Shown: positions 1-12,115, counted from the first letter of the stretch. The stretch is DNA of 64,000 bases from an uncultured Planctomycetota bacterium (GCA_963845755.1 CAWJTV010000001.1:96001-160000); one strand, 5' to 3'. Program-made: numbers and translations. The notes: generated by a model not told the origin, from the letters alone.

Positions 1-62
1 CCCAGGCCGCTGTCTCGTTGAAACAGCGTGGCCATGATGTCTCGGAATTGGTCGGTGCCTGA
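1..62 (+). CDS. C-terminal end of a small antitoxin-like protein (partial, cut by window start)
   Basis: Frame from nt 3 reads QAAVSLKQRGHDVSELVGA*. It resembles the C-terminus of 44401..44811 (ATLLLKYRGHSVPTIGDL). Its TGA overlaps the ATG of the HNH gene (TGATG). Confidence 0.55.
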   Translation, partial: QAAVSLKQRGHDVSELVGA

Positions 63-302
63 TGAGCGGCTCGTACATCTCCAAGACCCTGCGAGCCCAG
101 GTCAGTGCTCAAGCACGCTATCGTTGCGGTTATTGCCTGAGCCAGGAGGCTCTCGTGGGCACGCCCATGGAGCTTGATCACCTCATCCCGGAAGCTCGCG
201 GCGCCCAAACTGTGGAAGATTGCCCTCAACCTGAACCGCCTCAGTCTGGTGCGGGCACGGCAGGCTTGGGTCGTGGTCGGATGGCATCCCCCAGCGGATT
301 GA
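62..302 (+). pseudogene. HNH endonuclease remnant with an internal deletion
   Basis: RCGYC...ELDHLIPEARG N-terminus jumps, with a frame change near 219, to IALNLNRLSLVRARQAWVVVGWHPPAD*. About 60 central codons present in paralogue 43958..44398 are missing. Confidence 0.75.
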
Positions 303-2774
303 TCGACCCGGGATCTCGTCCGCCAGCCCGGTCCCCTTTCTTGTCCGATCGGGTACAGTAAAGAGGCATCGATCCCTCGACCCTGACAGGAGGCGCGGCG
401 ATGAACGCCGACCCGTCCGGTCCCAGCCTCGAATCGATTTTCGCCCAGGCCCTGGAAACGACCGATCCGGCCGAACGCAGGGCCTACCTCGATCGCGCGT
501 GCGGCACGGATGCTGATATCCGCCAGCGGGTCGAGCGGCTGCTTCAGGTCCACGACAAGGGCGGCCGCCTTCTCAAGTCGCCCGACGACATCGACCCCGA
601 TGCCACCGCTGGCACACCGATCGAACCCTCCGGTCCCACGCCCAAGGCTCGGCCCTCGAGTGAAGGTCCCGGCACTCGTAATCGGGCCGTACAAACTGCT
701 GCAGGAGATCGGCCAGGGGGGCATGGGTGTCGTCTACATGGCCGAGCAGGAGAAGCCGGTCCGGCGGCGGGTGGCGCTGAAGATCATCAAGCAGGGGATG
801 GACACCCGCCAGGTCGTCGCGCGGTTCGAGGCAGAGCGCCAGGCCCTGGCGCCTGATGGACCACCCCAACATTGCCAAGGTGCTCGATGCCGGCACCACC
901 GACTCGGGACGCCCCTACTTCGTCATGGACCTGGTCAAAGGCATCCCGATGACCCAGTATTGCGACGAGGCCAAGCTTAACACTCGCGAGCGCCTGGAGC
1001 TGTTCATCCCGGTCTGCCGGGCCATCCAGCATGCCCATCAAAAAGGGTATCATTCATCGTGACATCAAGCCGACGAACGTAATGGTCACGCTCCACGACG
1101 GCTACCCGTGCCCCGGGTGATCGACTTCGGCGTGGCCAAGGCGATCGACCAGCGGCTTCACGGAAAGGACGATGTTCACTCAGTACGGGGCCGATCGTCG
1201 GGACGCTCGAATACATGAGCCCCGAGCAGGCCGAGATGAGCGGCACTGGACGTCGACACCCGCAGCGACATCTACTCCCTCGGCGTGCTGCTCTACGAGC
1301 TCCTGACCGGCACGACGCCGCTGGAACGGGCCAAGGCTGCGCGAGGCCGGCTTATGCCGAGATCCTCCGTCGCATCAAGCGAGGAAGAGCCGCCCAGGCC
1401 CATCGACGCGGCTGAGCCACTCGGGCGACCGGCTGGCCTCGCTCTCGGCGCAACGGAGGACCGAGCCGGCCCGGCTGACGAAACTAATCCGCGGCGAGCT
1501 CGACTGGATCGTGATGAAGTCCCTGGAAAAAGACCGGACCCGCCGCTACGAGACCGCCAGCGGCCTCGCCCGCGACATCGAGCACTACCTGGCGGGCGAC
1601 CCGGTCGAGGCCGGCCCGCCGTCGGCGGCTTACCGGCTGCGGAAGCTGGCGCGAAAGTATCGGGGCGCCCTGACAACGGCGGCCGTGGTTGCCATCGTGC
1701 TGGCCTCGGCGATGGTCGTGAGCACCTGGCAGGCCATCCGCGCGACCCGGGCCGAGCGCCGCGCGGTGGACGAAGCCGGACGCGCCCTGGCGGCCGAAAC
1801 ACAGGCCCGCACCGAACGCGATCACGCCCTCAATGCCGAGGCCGAAGCCATTTCCCAGCGCAACGCGGCGGTCGAATCGAAGAAGGAAGCCGACAAGCAG
1901 GCCGCCATCGCCAGGACCGTCAACGACTTCCTCCAGAACGACCTTCTGGCCGAGGCATCTCCCGAGAAGAACGCCTGCGCCGAGAAAGTGACGGTCGAGG
2001 AGCTAGTCAAGCGAGCGGGGGCCAAGATCAGCGGGAAGTTCGAAAAGCAGCCGGAGATTGAGGCCGCGATCCGGCTGACGATTGGTGTCGCTTTGATTTC
2101 GTTGGGCCTCTATTCCGAGGCACAGCCACATCTGGAACGCGCGGTCGAGATCCGCCGCCGCGTGCTCGGATCCGAGTACCGCGACACGATCATCGCTCAG
2201 TATAGGCTGGCGGAGGCTCAGATCGAACAGAGGAAACTGGTTGAAGCCGAGAGAGTCCTCCGCCAAACTCTGGACGTCGCGCGTCGCGTGCTCGGGCGGG
2301 AGGATCGCGACACGCTTGAGGTGTGGTACCGCCTGAGCGAAGTGGCCTTCTACCAGGGCAAGTACGTCGAGTGCGAAAACCTGTCCCGGCAGTTGCTGGA
2401 TATCGCGCTTCGAGCCTATGGTCCCGATCACCCTCGGACGCTTGATTTCCAGGGGAGCCTGGCGGTCGCCATTAAAATGCAGGGGAAGTTCGCCGAAGCC
2501 GAAGCCCTCTACCACAAATCGCTGGAATCGCAACGGCGCGTTCTTGGTTCCGAGCACCCCATCACACTCACCACCCAATCCAATCTGGCCCAGTTGTGCA
2601 AGGACGAGGGGAAGCTCGCCGAGGCCGAGCTACTCCTGCCAGACGCTCGAAAGCAGAATGCGAGTGCTCGGTGCTGACCACCCGAACACCTTCGCCTCTC
2701 AGCAGAAAATGGCGTGGCTGTTCTTCCAACAGGGAAAACTAACCGAGGCCGAATCCCTCTTCCAAGAAAACCTA

Positions 2775-3685
2775 AGGCGCTCGGAAAAAATGAGTTCACT
2801 GGCCCAGGAGCCTCAAACAGATCAAGGAACATGCTAACTTGAGGAACGCGTCTTGAATCTCGGTGAGCCGATCCAAACGGCGGCGCAGCCGGCCGAAGGA
2901 GTGCAGCCACGCGATGGTCCGCTCTACGTACCAGCGGGACTTGCCCAAACCGCTGCCGTGCTCCGTATTGCGGGCCGCCAGCACCGGCGTGGTCCCCCGG
3001 CCGCGCAAACCCTGCCGCACCGGTTCCGAGTCGTAGCCCCGATCCCCCTGCAAGCGGTCGGGCTTCTGCCGCTTCGGCCCCGGCTTGCCGCCCACCGGCG
3101 GCATGTCGTCGAGCGTCGTGAAGACCTGGGTGATCTCGGGGACGTTGGCGGCGGTCACCGTCGCCGCCAGCGGCACGCCTTGGGCGTCGGTCATCACGTG
3201 GTGCTTGCTGCCGGATTTGCTCCGGTCCGTCGGATTCGGGCCGGTATCCTCGCCCCCTTCCGGGGCCTTGGCGAAGGAGGCGTCGATCAGCGCCCGCTCC
3301 CAGTCGATCGCGTCGGCGCCGTTGAGCTCGGCCAGCAAGACGGCGTGCAACTGGCGCCAGACACCGGCCTGCTGCCACGCCTGCAGGTAGGACCGGCAGG
3401 TCTTGCCGCAGCCGCAGCCGAGGTCGGCGGGCAAGTCGTCCCAGGCGATGCCGGTCTTGAGCACGAACAAGATGCCGGTGAGGATCTTGCGGTAGTCCAG
3501 GGGTTTGCGTCCCGGGAAGCGGAAGCGGCGCGGAGGCGGGGGTGGCAGCAAGGGCTCCAGGCAGCTTCCACAGCGCCATCGGAGACAAGGGGTTTCATGG
3601 TGGTCCTCCTTCGGTTCGGGAGATCACTCTCCGAAGGACTCAAGAGCAGACAGCGTGCCAGTGGATTCATTATTTCCGAGCACTT
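2775..3685 (-). mobile_element. IS5-family insertion sequence (911 bp)
   Basis: 28-bp imperfect terminal IRs AGGCGCTCGGAAAAAATGAGTTCACTGG / AAGTGCTCGGAAATAATGAATCCACTGG (23/28). TA duplicated at 2773-2774 and 3686-3687. Removing the element restores kinase frame QENLKAKRRALGSEHP. Confidence 0.9.
2796..3598 (-). CDS. IS5-family DDE transposase (frameshift near N-terminus)
   Basis: GILFVLKTGIAWDDLP, LIDAS, GDRGYDS and RWYVERTIAWL motifs. Start MKPLVSD at 3598; stop lies inside the IR. Confidence 0.9.
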
Positions 3686-4533
3686 TAAAGGCAAAGCGTC
3701 GTGCACTCGGTTCCGAACATCCCTTGACCTTCGGTACTCAGCATTATTTGGCCTTTGTGTACGTCACACAAGGAAGGCTGGCCGAGGCCGAATCGCTTTA
3801 CGAAAAAACCCTGGAGATGTCCCGACGCGTGCTAGGCGTGGAGCACCCCGACACTCTCGCTGCTCAGCACGAGTTGGCCCGGGTGTACTTCCTACAAGAA
3901 AGGTTGACCGAGGCTGAATCTCTCTTCCAATAAACCCTGGAGGCGAATCGACGGGTACACGGCCCTGAACACCTCGAATCCCTTGTGACCCAGCACATGC
4001 TGGCCACATTGTACCGTGAAGACGGCAAGCTCGCCGAGGCCGAGAAACTCTTCCGCTAGACGCTGGTCGCGCGACGCAAGGGCTTGCCAGCGGATGATAC
4101 GAATCTCGCGGCCACTCTCGCGGCTCTTGGCCTCACCTTGATCAAGCTCGACCGGCCAGCCGAGGCCGAGCCACTGGTGCGCGAAGCCTTGGAGATCGAG
4201 GGAAAGAAGGCTCCTGACAAGTGGGACACGTTCGAGACGCGCAACTGGCTCGGCGCCGCCTGCTCGGCCAGAAGAAATACGCCGAGGCCGAGCCGCTGCT
4301 CGTGCAAGGTTACGAGGGAATGAAGGCCCGCGAAGCCAAGATCCCACCGCAGTCCAAGAAACGCCTGACCGAGGCCGCCGAGCGGATCGTCCAGCTCTAC
4401 GACGCCTGGGGCAAGCCGGACCAGGCCGCCGAATGGCGGAAACGCCTCCCAGTGCATCAAACGGCCGTGCCCGCCGAGAAGCACTGACGGAGAATCCGCG
4501 AGATGATAGACTGAGCCAAGGGAGACGAATTCC

Positions 4534-4725
4534 GTGCCCTTGACGGTCCGCGAAGCGATTCGCTTCATCGAGAAAGACGGATGGGTCCTGGTCCGGCAGA
4601 GAGGAAGCCACCGCCAGTTCCACCATCCGACGAAGCCCGGGACCGTGACCATCGCGGGTAAGCCATCCCTCGAACTGGATACCAAGACCGAGAAGAGCAT
4701 CATGCGTCAAGCGGGCTTGCCCTGA
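4534..4725 (+). CDS. hicA: HicA-family mRNA interferase toxin
   Basis: 63 aa with DGWVLVRQRGSHRQFHHPTKPGTVTI motif. Confidence 0.9.
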   Translation: MPLTVREAIRFIEKDGWVLVRQRGSHRQFHHPTKPGTVTIAGKPSLELDTKTEKSIMRQAGLP

Positions 4726-4735
4726 AGGACGTCCC

Positions 4736-4970
4736 ATGCGATACGCCATTCTCCTGGAACCGACCAAGACCGGATTCAGTGCCCACGTCCCCGACCTGCC
4801 GGGTTGTGTCGCGGCCGGTGAAACCCGGGAAGAGACCGTGGAACCTCATGCGCGAGGCCATCGAGTTTCATCTCGAAGGCATGCAGCTTCACGGCGAGCC
4901 GATCCCCGAGCCAACCTCGGCTTGCGAGTACGTTGAAGTCATTCCACCTCAAGAGGTCTCGTCGAGCTGA
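4736..4970 (+). CDS. hicB: HicB-family antitoxin (one frameshift)
   Basis: MRYAILLE...FSAHVPDLPGCVAAGETREE continues as LMREAIEFHLEGM...PIPEP in another frame. Directly downstream of hicA. Confidence 0.88.
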
Positions 4971-5184
4971 TCTGCTGAACATTCGAAGCTTTCGGGAACT
5001 CGAGAACACGCGAAAGAAGCTCCAGTTTCTGGAAGATCGGCTTGCCGAGCTGAACACCGAGCCGGTCGCGAATCCGCAAACGCGGGAATTGACCCGGGGA
5101 TCGCTTAAGAAGCTCGCCAATCAGCTCAAGGAAGAGATCGCGCGGTTCGAATACTGCGCCGCGACACGCTCAGAGGGGACCTGA
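4933..5184 (+). CDS. Small helical hypothetical protein (start uncertain)
   Basis: Coding-like coiled-coil segment ELENTRKKLQFLEDRL...LKKLANQLKEEIARFE immediately after hicB. Confidence 0.5.
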   Translation: MKSFHLKRSRRADLLNIRSFRELENTRKKLQFLEDRLAELNTEPVANPQTRELTRGSLKKLANQLKEEIARFEYCAATRSEGT

Positions 5185-5309
5185 GACCATTGCCTCGCCT
5201 GGATTGTCGTGCCTCATGGAGATGGGATCTGAGGATAAAGGCAGAGTTGTCACTCTGGCGTACATTGTCACTCTTGGCGGAAACGCGTGATCGAGAGGGA
5301 GATCAGGCC

Positions 5310-5616
5310 GTGACCGAAGATCAGGCGAAGCGGATCGCCTTCGATTTTGTGGCGAGGTCGAAACTCGATCCCTGTGAATTCAACTCGATCCAGCGGTTTT
5401 CCAAGTCATCTCTGGGCGTTCCGAATTCGACAGGCGTTGAGTGGGTTGTCCGGTTTCACTTTTGGATTGCCGGAGGATGTGACCCGCTCGTCGGAGATGG
5501 CGATCGTCCTGGTCGATGACACAACCGGTGAGCCGCGGCTGCTGCGAGAACCTCTGAAACCCATCGAGCGCCGTAGCCCTGAGTTAGCCTTGTCTTTTTC
5601 CGATCGCCGGGTATAG
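5310..5616 (+). CDS. Small hypothetical protein (frameshifted, end uncertain)
   Basis: RBS plus GTG at 5310. VTEDQAKRIAFDFV...WVVRF continues as AIVLVDDTTGEPRL in another frame. Confidence 0.4.
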
Positions 5617-5700
5617 TGCTCGCTCGACCGGGTTGGATCCCACGCTCCCGGTGCGCATATCTTCGGTCCATTCGACCTCGATGCCGACGGAGTCCCGACA

Positions 5701-7327
5701 ATGAAGTCGTTCTCGGTTGCGCACGCCATGAAGGCCCAACGCCGCAGCCGTCGCGCCGGCTCGATCGCCCCGAAACGGGCGTTCTCGCCCGCGACGCGGC
5801 CGGTCGAGGACCTGGAGGCGCGTTGGGTACTCAGCGCGACCGCAACCGCGGCGCCGGCCATCCAGATGATCTCGGCGACGACCGTAGACTCCAAGAGCGT
5901 GACGATCACGTATCAGGTTAACCAGCCCATCGATGCCGCGACGCCTCTCCAGTTCGGCGTGTATCGTTCGAGCGACAATCAATTCGACTCCAGCGACGCC
6001 CTGGTCTTCACGGATAACATCATTCCGCCCGGCGCATCCTCGGGCCAGGCCGCAACGCTCGACCAGGCCGGCCAGCCAGCCACTGGCATCGGCACTCACA
6101 CGCTCACCATCCCTCTAGCCCAGGGCCTGCCACCCGATCCGTCGAAGCCCTATGTCCTGATCGTCGCCAACCCTGGCTCGGCTTCCGCGACGACTGCAAC
6201 TCAGCAGACCGCGTCGTTCCGGGTTTACACCATCGGGATCGTGACCCACGGCGGCATCCAGAACACGAGCTGGACGCACGGACCGATGTGGCAGCTTCAG
6301 ATTGCCTACATGATGAAGCAAGAGGGCTTCGACTCCGTCATTCACTATAACTGGGTGAATCAGAGCGGGACGCCTGGCGCGGCGATTCAGCAATCGCCGA
6401 GGCTGGCGCGGATGATCCTCGGCACGGCCAGCCGGTTCCCGGCGAATGCACCGGTTGACCTCGAATTCATCGGCCACAGCGAGGGGACGGTGGTCAACAC
6501 CTATGCCATCGTCAAGCTTCAGGGCGAGATGACCCCGCAGCTCACGTCCGGCTTCATCGAGGACACCCTGCTCGATCCCCACGCGGCGAACAACGGCCTC
6601 GCCACTGGGCAGCAGGTCAGCTATGCCGGCGCGCTCGCCGGGCTGGCCGAGATGATCGTCCCGCATTACCAGGCCGAGGCCAAGGACCCTCCCGCTTATT
6701 TCCCCTCGATCGTCGACGAGGCCCAGGTGTTCTTCCAGCACACCACGGCCACGGCTGGCGGGATCTATAACCTCTGGGGCCAGGTCCCCGTCCAGAGCGA
6801 CGGGCCGCTGGTCCATTACTACAACTTGACCAATATGGGCGTGACCCATTCGGGGAACACGGGCGTGCCCGAGTGGTACCGGAACTTCATCGTCCCCACC
6901 TTGGGCAACCAGGCGCCCCTAGTCCAGCAACTCCAGCTCAACGGCCAGATCGATGCCGCTCAATCACCAGCGACGCCATCGAGTGGACGGGACAGTGTGC
7001 GCCAGGCGCGCGTGGACCACGCTTACGGGCCGGAGCAGGTCGTCTCGACCAACCAGCCCGAGTTCTCCGGCACGGCCACGCCCGGTTCGGTCGTGCGGCT
7101 CTACGTCGGACCCGCGGCGAAGCCCTCCGAGATCCCGCTGGCCGGCTGGACCAAGGCTGACAGTAGCGGGAACTGGTCGCTGACCACCCGGCACGCCGCT
7201 CCACGATGGACAATACCGCACAGTCGTCACATCGTTCTCCCGCGCCCTGGCCACCCGGCCGGGATTGCGAATCGTTCCCACCCAGCCGCTGGGACGTCTC
7301 GTCGTGGAGGCACAACCGGGCTCGTGA
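5701..7327 (+). CDS. Putative secreted alpha/beta-hydrolase-like protein with C-terminal Ig-like domain
   Basis: Planctomycete-type VEDLEARWVLS motif, GHSEG nucleophile elbow, LDPH, and a QPEFSGTATPGSVVRLY Ig-like domain. Frameshift near 7190 gives a stop at 7327. Confidence 0.65.
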
Positions 7328-7416
7328 GTAGGAATACACATCGAGCGAGATCGATTAAAGGCATGTCAATCCGAAGAGAAACCGGGACCCGGGAGAAACG
7401 GATCGGGGCCGGGCCA

Positions 7417-10203
7417 CTACTCCGGCTCGGCCGCCGATTCCTTTTCGAGCGTCTTGATGAGTTCTCGAAAATCGGCTCGCTCGCGGAGCGGGTCGAGGTC
7501 GGCATCGGACTGGAGGATCTCCAGGTCGACGAATCCGCCCTTGACAGCGCGGCGCAAGAGGTCCACGGCGCGGTCGCCGTACAACTTGCGACGGAACCGG
7601 TCGGCCTTGGTCAAGGCCGCGAGATCGTTGACGCCCTTCGATCCCGGCTTGGCGCCGATCAGGGGAATGCACAGCGCGACGTGGCAAGCCAGGCTGTAGC
7701 TGTTGCGCGGATCTAATTGGGGCAGGCTCTCATACGAGTCGACGGTGCGCTGGAAAGATCGCAGGGCCTCGACCGGATCGCCCGTCTGCTGGAGACTCCG
7801 GCCGATGTTGGTTTGGGCCTTGGCAAGGTCAATGCGGGAGTCGATGTCCTCGGGGTGCTCGGCGACCACACGCTCGAGCAAAGTCCGAGCCTTCTGGGCG
7901 ATTGCCAGCGACTCCACCGGTTCGCGGCGGCGTTGGTGCAGCTCGCTCTGCATGTTATAAGTGCTGGCCAGCCCGCCCTGGTATTCGAGGACGCCGGGAT
8001 GTTGCCGATCCAGGCGCTCGAGAATCTCCACCGCCCTGTGGACGCTCTTCAGCGCGGAGTCCAGCTTGCCGGCCACCTGCTGGACGACGTTCAAATCGCC
8101 CAGGTCCATCGCCAGCCGATAGGATGGTTCGGCCAGATCGGGACGGTCGCGCACGACCGCCTCTAGGACCTCGACGGCCTTCTGACACGACTCAATCGCT
8201 GGCTGCGATCCGTCGGGCTGGTCCAACAGAACCTGACCCAGAAGGCTATGAGCCTTGGCCATGGAGATCCGCGTGTCGACCGACTCCGGGTCGTCGTCTG
8301 CCAGTTGCGACTCGATCGCCAGCGAGCGTTCGAGACTCTGGATCGCCTCCTCGGGTTCACCTTCGGTGGCTTGGATCGGGGCGATGTTCTGGAGGATCCG
8401 ACTCAGCTCGCGGCGTCGCCGGACCGACCGCGGCTCGGCAGCGATCATGGGCTCGAGCAGGTCCTTGGCACGTCGAAAGGCGGCGGAGGGCCTCGTCGCG
8501 CCGGCCTTCCTGGCGCACGAGCATCGCACCCAGACCGCTGAGGGTGCCGGCCAGTTCCTCCCGGTAGGCCAGATCGCCGGGCCGGGCCGCAACCAGGCTT
8601 TCCCAGAGCGCAGCGGCCTGCTCGAACCGGGGAATGGCCTGGACCGGCGAGCTGACCGCTCCGGTGATCCTGGCGATGCGGGAACTGCGCCGCGGCCAGC
8701 TCGGCGCGGAGCGCGGGCTCGCTGTTGTGCTCCTCGAGAAACTCCTCGTAGAACCGCTGCGCGTCCTCGAGCAGCGTCTTGCGGAGCGGATGGAACCGCG
8801 GCTCGTTCAGCACCTGGTCTTCGCTGAACCGGGTGAAGAATTGATCGACCGCCTCGCGGGCCTGTCGCGAGGACTCCGCGGCGCGATCGCGCTCGCGGCG
8901 AGCCAGGACCAGCTTCCAGGTCGTGCCGGCGATGCCCGCTGCCAGCGCGAGGATCAGGGCCAGTCCGGCGGCCACGACCGCCGCGTTCCGCCGCACGAAC
9001 CTGGCCGCGCAATAACCCAGGGAGTCGCGTCGCGCCCGCACCGTCTGGCTCCGAAGGTAGCGACTCACGTCGTCGGCAAGCTGTTCGGCCGAAGCGTATC
9101 TCGCCTCCGGCTCCTTGCGCAACGCCATCATCGCGATCGCATCGAGATCGCCTCGGAGAATCCCCCGGAGCCGGGAGGGTGTCGTGCGGCGAGCCGCGGC
9201 GATCTCCTCGGGGGTGGGAGCCGTCAAGGATGGGGGCGATGGGGCCGGCACCGGCTCAGTTGGCGTCCCGGATGTCGGCGACGCGGCAGCCGGCGGGACC
9301 GGCCGGCGGACGACCGCCGCGCCGGGCCGCTCCGGCAACTGCTCGCAGATGGCCTGCAAGACTTCCGACGTCGAGTGGTCCTCGAGTCGGTAGGGCGAAC
9401 GGCCCGACAGGAGCCGATAGAGCACCACTCCCAGCGAATAAACGTCGCTGCCCGTCGTGATCGGCTCTCCCTTTACCTGCTCAGGGCTGGCGTACTCCGG
9501 CGTCAGGACCGGCTCGGGATGGATCAGCCCGGCGATCCCGAAACCGATGAGCTTCGGCACTCCGTCGGCCGTCGATCAGGATGTGCCCCGGCTTCAGGTC
9601 GCGATGGATCATCATGTGCCGGTGAGCGAAATGGACCGCATCGCAGACCTTGCGGAAGACCCTCAACCGGCCGGGGATATCCAGTCGGCGGTCGTCGCAG
9701 AATTCATCGATCCGACGGCCGTCGACGTACTCCGTCACGACGTACGGCCGGCCGTCTTCGGTCGTACCTGCGTCGAGGAGTCCCGCGATGTGGGGATGCT
9801 TGCCGAGTGCGGCCTGGGCGCGGCCCTCGGCCTGGAACCGCCGCACGATCGTGTCGCTGTCCCTTCCGCGCCGGATCAGCGTGACGGCGACCTCCTGCCG
9901 GAAGTCCTCGACCCGGGTGGCGCGGTAGACGGTCCCCATGCTCCCGCCGCCGATCCGCGCCGTGAGTTCGTAAGGTCCGACCCGCTGCCCGATCATCGGG
10001 TCGTCCCCATCCGCTTCGGTCGGCTCGGGGTCCGAAGGGGATTGTTCCACACATCCGGCGGTCGCGGTCCGGACGTCAGCCGGGATCGGGATCGACGACG
10101 CGAGGGCTTCCATCGCCATCGACTCGACCACATCCAAGCCCGGCGCTGAGCCGGCCACCGTCGGGTCGTCGTCCAGATTGCTCCGGATCGGATCGAGATT
10201 CAT
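7417..10203 (-). CDS. Ser/Thr kinase-like (pseudokinase) with TM helix and TPR repeats (frameshifts)
   Basis: GGGSMGTVY, VAVT, HRDLKPGH, IGFG, TPEYASPEQ and SDVYSLGVVLY motifs. TM VVAAGLALILALAAGI and TPR C-terminus. Confidence 0.85.
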
Positions 10204-10427
10204 GGTTGACTCGGGCCCCCTCCGCACCGCGCCGAGATCCCGAGGAGGCGGGCCTCGATCGACCGACGGCGCCCCGCGCCTTCCCGCGTCGCGAACTCAC
10301 TGCGCGATTCCGCATTATACGGGCATCGGTCGCCAGTTACCCAGAGACCTGAGCCACGAAAGGACCGAAGTCGAGACGTGTACCCGAGGATCACATCAAT
10401 CGACGGATTCTCTTGCGGGCCTCAGCC

Positions 10428-11423
10428 TCAACTTGCGGGCGGTTTCGGCCCGCCCGCGAATTTCTCCTGAAGCTTCTTGAGGGTATAGGCGTTGCCCTTG
10501 TCGAAGAAGTTCCGGAGCTTCCGCGAGTCTTCATCGTCTCCATAGCCGACTCCCACGATGCTCACCCGGCTACGGGACGGTCCCGCGTCCTCGAAGCGGA
10601 TGACGGTCCACATCTTCTGGATCGCGTCTTTGAAGGGAAAGTTCGCCGGTGGGTTCTTCACCTGGATCGCGAGCAGCCGATTCGGCTCGAAGCAGAGGAT
10701 GGTGTTCTCGATGGTGTGGGGATCGCCGATCTTCCCCTTGGGATCATAGTGGGTTCGCATCAAGCCGCCGACCTTCAAGTCGATCTCGGCCTGGGCAACG
10801 TTCCACGACTCCTGTCCCTCGTTGGTGGTGAAGGCCGCCCATACGGCCCCGACGGGGGCCTCGATGACCCCCTCGGTGACGACCTGATCGGGCCGGACTT
10901 CCGCGTGCTTACGCTTCGACGTCTGCTTGACGATGGGGACCCACTTCGATTCTCTCTCGCCGAAGATGGTGAATTGCATCGTGTCCTTGTCGGTAAAGCT
11001 CAAGACCTCGCGCCATTTGGCCGGCGAGCCGATGATCGTCGCGAACTCGAACACGAGGTCGTCGCCATCCTGCTTGACGGTCCCCTTGAAGACCTGGTTC
11101 CCTCCATGGCAGTCCAGGTAGTACACGGTCTTGTTGACCGGATCCGAACCGATGATCGCTTCACCCTGCTGCTCGTGCGGACCGCCCTTGCCGATGACGC
11201 CGATCCCTCGGATGGCCGTCTTGCCGAAAGCCCATTCGTAGCGGAATTCGACCACGAACTTGGGGTCCACGCTTACCCAGGTGCCGCCGACCAGTTGCGA
11301 CAGCTTGGCCAGCGTCTTGTCGGCGTCGGCCTTAACGCCCGGATCCTCTTCCGCGGTCGCCGGCAATCCGACGCCGCAAGTGACCACGAACACGGCCAGA
11401 ACCATTCTTTTGAGAATTCTCAT
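10428..11423 (-). CDS. Exported SRPBCC (START/AHSA1-like) domain protein
   Basis: Signal peptide MRILKRMVLAVFVVTCGVGLPATA. C-terminal IEAPVGAVWAAFTTNEG...AEIDLKVGG domain. Start overlaps the TetR stop. Confidence 0.75.
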   Translation of the reverse strand: MRILKRMVLAVFVVTCGVGLPATAEEDPGVKADADKTLAKLSQLVGGTWVSVDPKFVVEFRYEWAFGKTAIRGIGVIGKGGPHEQQGEAIIGSDPVNKTVYYLDCHGGNQVFKGTVKQDGDDLVFEFATIIGSPAKWREVLSFTDKDTMQFTIFGERESKWVPIVKQTSKRKHAEVRPDQVVTEGVIEAPVGAVWAAFTTNEGQESWNVAQAEIDLKVGGLMRTHYDPKGKIGDPHTIENTILCFEPNRLLAIQVKNPPANFPFKDAIQKMWTVIRFEDAGPSRSRVSIVGVGYGDDEDSRKLRNFFDKGNAYTLKKLQEKFAGGPKPPAS

Positions 11424-12115
11424 GAGGACCTCTCTTCTAGCTCGATGAGCCGGGTTTGGATCGGGATCGAGATCGGGACTTGGGCTTGGGTCGGGCCTGC
11501 GCCTGGGGACCGGGGTTTGGACCAGTCGGTCCCGTCGCGGAGCAAGCGGTCGAAGTAGTCGCGAAGCTGGGTGACGGCCGCGTCGTAGGGATCGATGCTC
11601 TGATAGGAGCGGACCAGCATCACCGCGCCTTCCATCGTGGTGAGCACGAACAGCGCGAGCTGCGAGCGGTCGAGCGATTCGGGCAGTCGCCCGGCGGCCT
11701 CGGCGAGACACTGTTCCATGACTTTTCGCCAGCCGGTGAAGTTGACCGCCAGGAGCTGACGCGCCGACGGGTGGCTGTCGGCGAGCTCCAGCGCGAGATT
11801 GCCGATGGGACAGCCGTGCTGGAAGTTCGTCGCCAGGAGCCCCTGCCGATAGCCGTCGAGGACGCCGAAGATCCGCTCGATCGGATCGCTCACCCGGTCG
11901 AAGACCGGCTGGACCACCGCAGGCCAGAGATTCTCCCGGTACCATTCCAGCACGGCCAGGAGCAGGTCCTCCTTGGTCGGGAAGAAATAGTAGAGGCTGC
12001 CGCTGTTGGCGCCGGCCGCCTTGAGGATCTGGGCGATGCCCGTGCTGGCATAACCGTGCTGCCAGAAGAGCGTCCGCGCGGCTTCCACCAGCCGGTCACG
12101 AGTCGGATTCTTCAT
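11420..12115 (-). CDS. TetR/AcrR-family transcriptional regulator
   Basis: TRDRLVEAARTLFWQHGY...GSLYYFFPTKEDL HTH and GCPIGNLALEL C-domain. Confidence 0.92.
   Translation of the reverse strand: MKNPTRDRLVEAARTLFWQHGYASTGIAQILKAAGANSGSLYYFFPTKEDLLLAVLEWYRENLWPAVVQPVFDRVSDPIERIFGVLDGYRQGLLATNFQHGCPIGNLALELADSHPSARQLLAVNFTGWRKVMEQCLAEAAGRLPESLDRSQLALFVLTTMEGAVMLVRSYQSIDPYDAAVTQLRDYFDRLLRDGTDWSKPRSPGAGPTQAQVPISIPIQTRLIELEERSS

Larger units (their letters stand above)
401..4487 (+). pseudogene. Ser/Thr protein kinase with TM helix and TPR repeats, interrupted by an IS5 element
   Basis: [23 protein letters not shown] and YMSPEQ motifs found across frames. 42-aa LGxEHPxTL repeats. IS at 2775-3685 and in-frame stops at 3931 and 4057. 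Confidence 0.85.
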
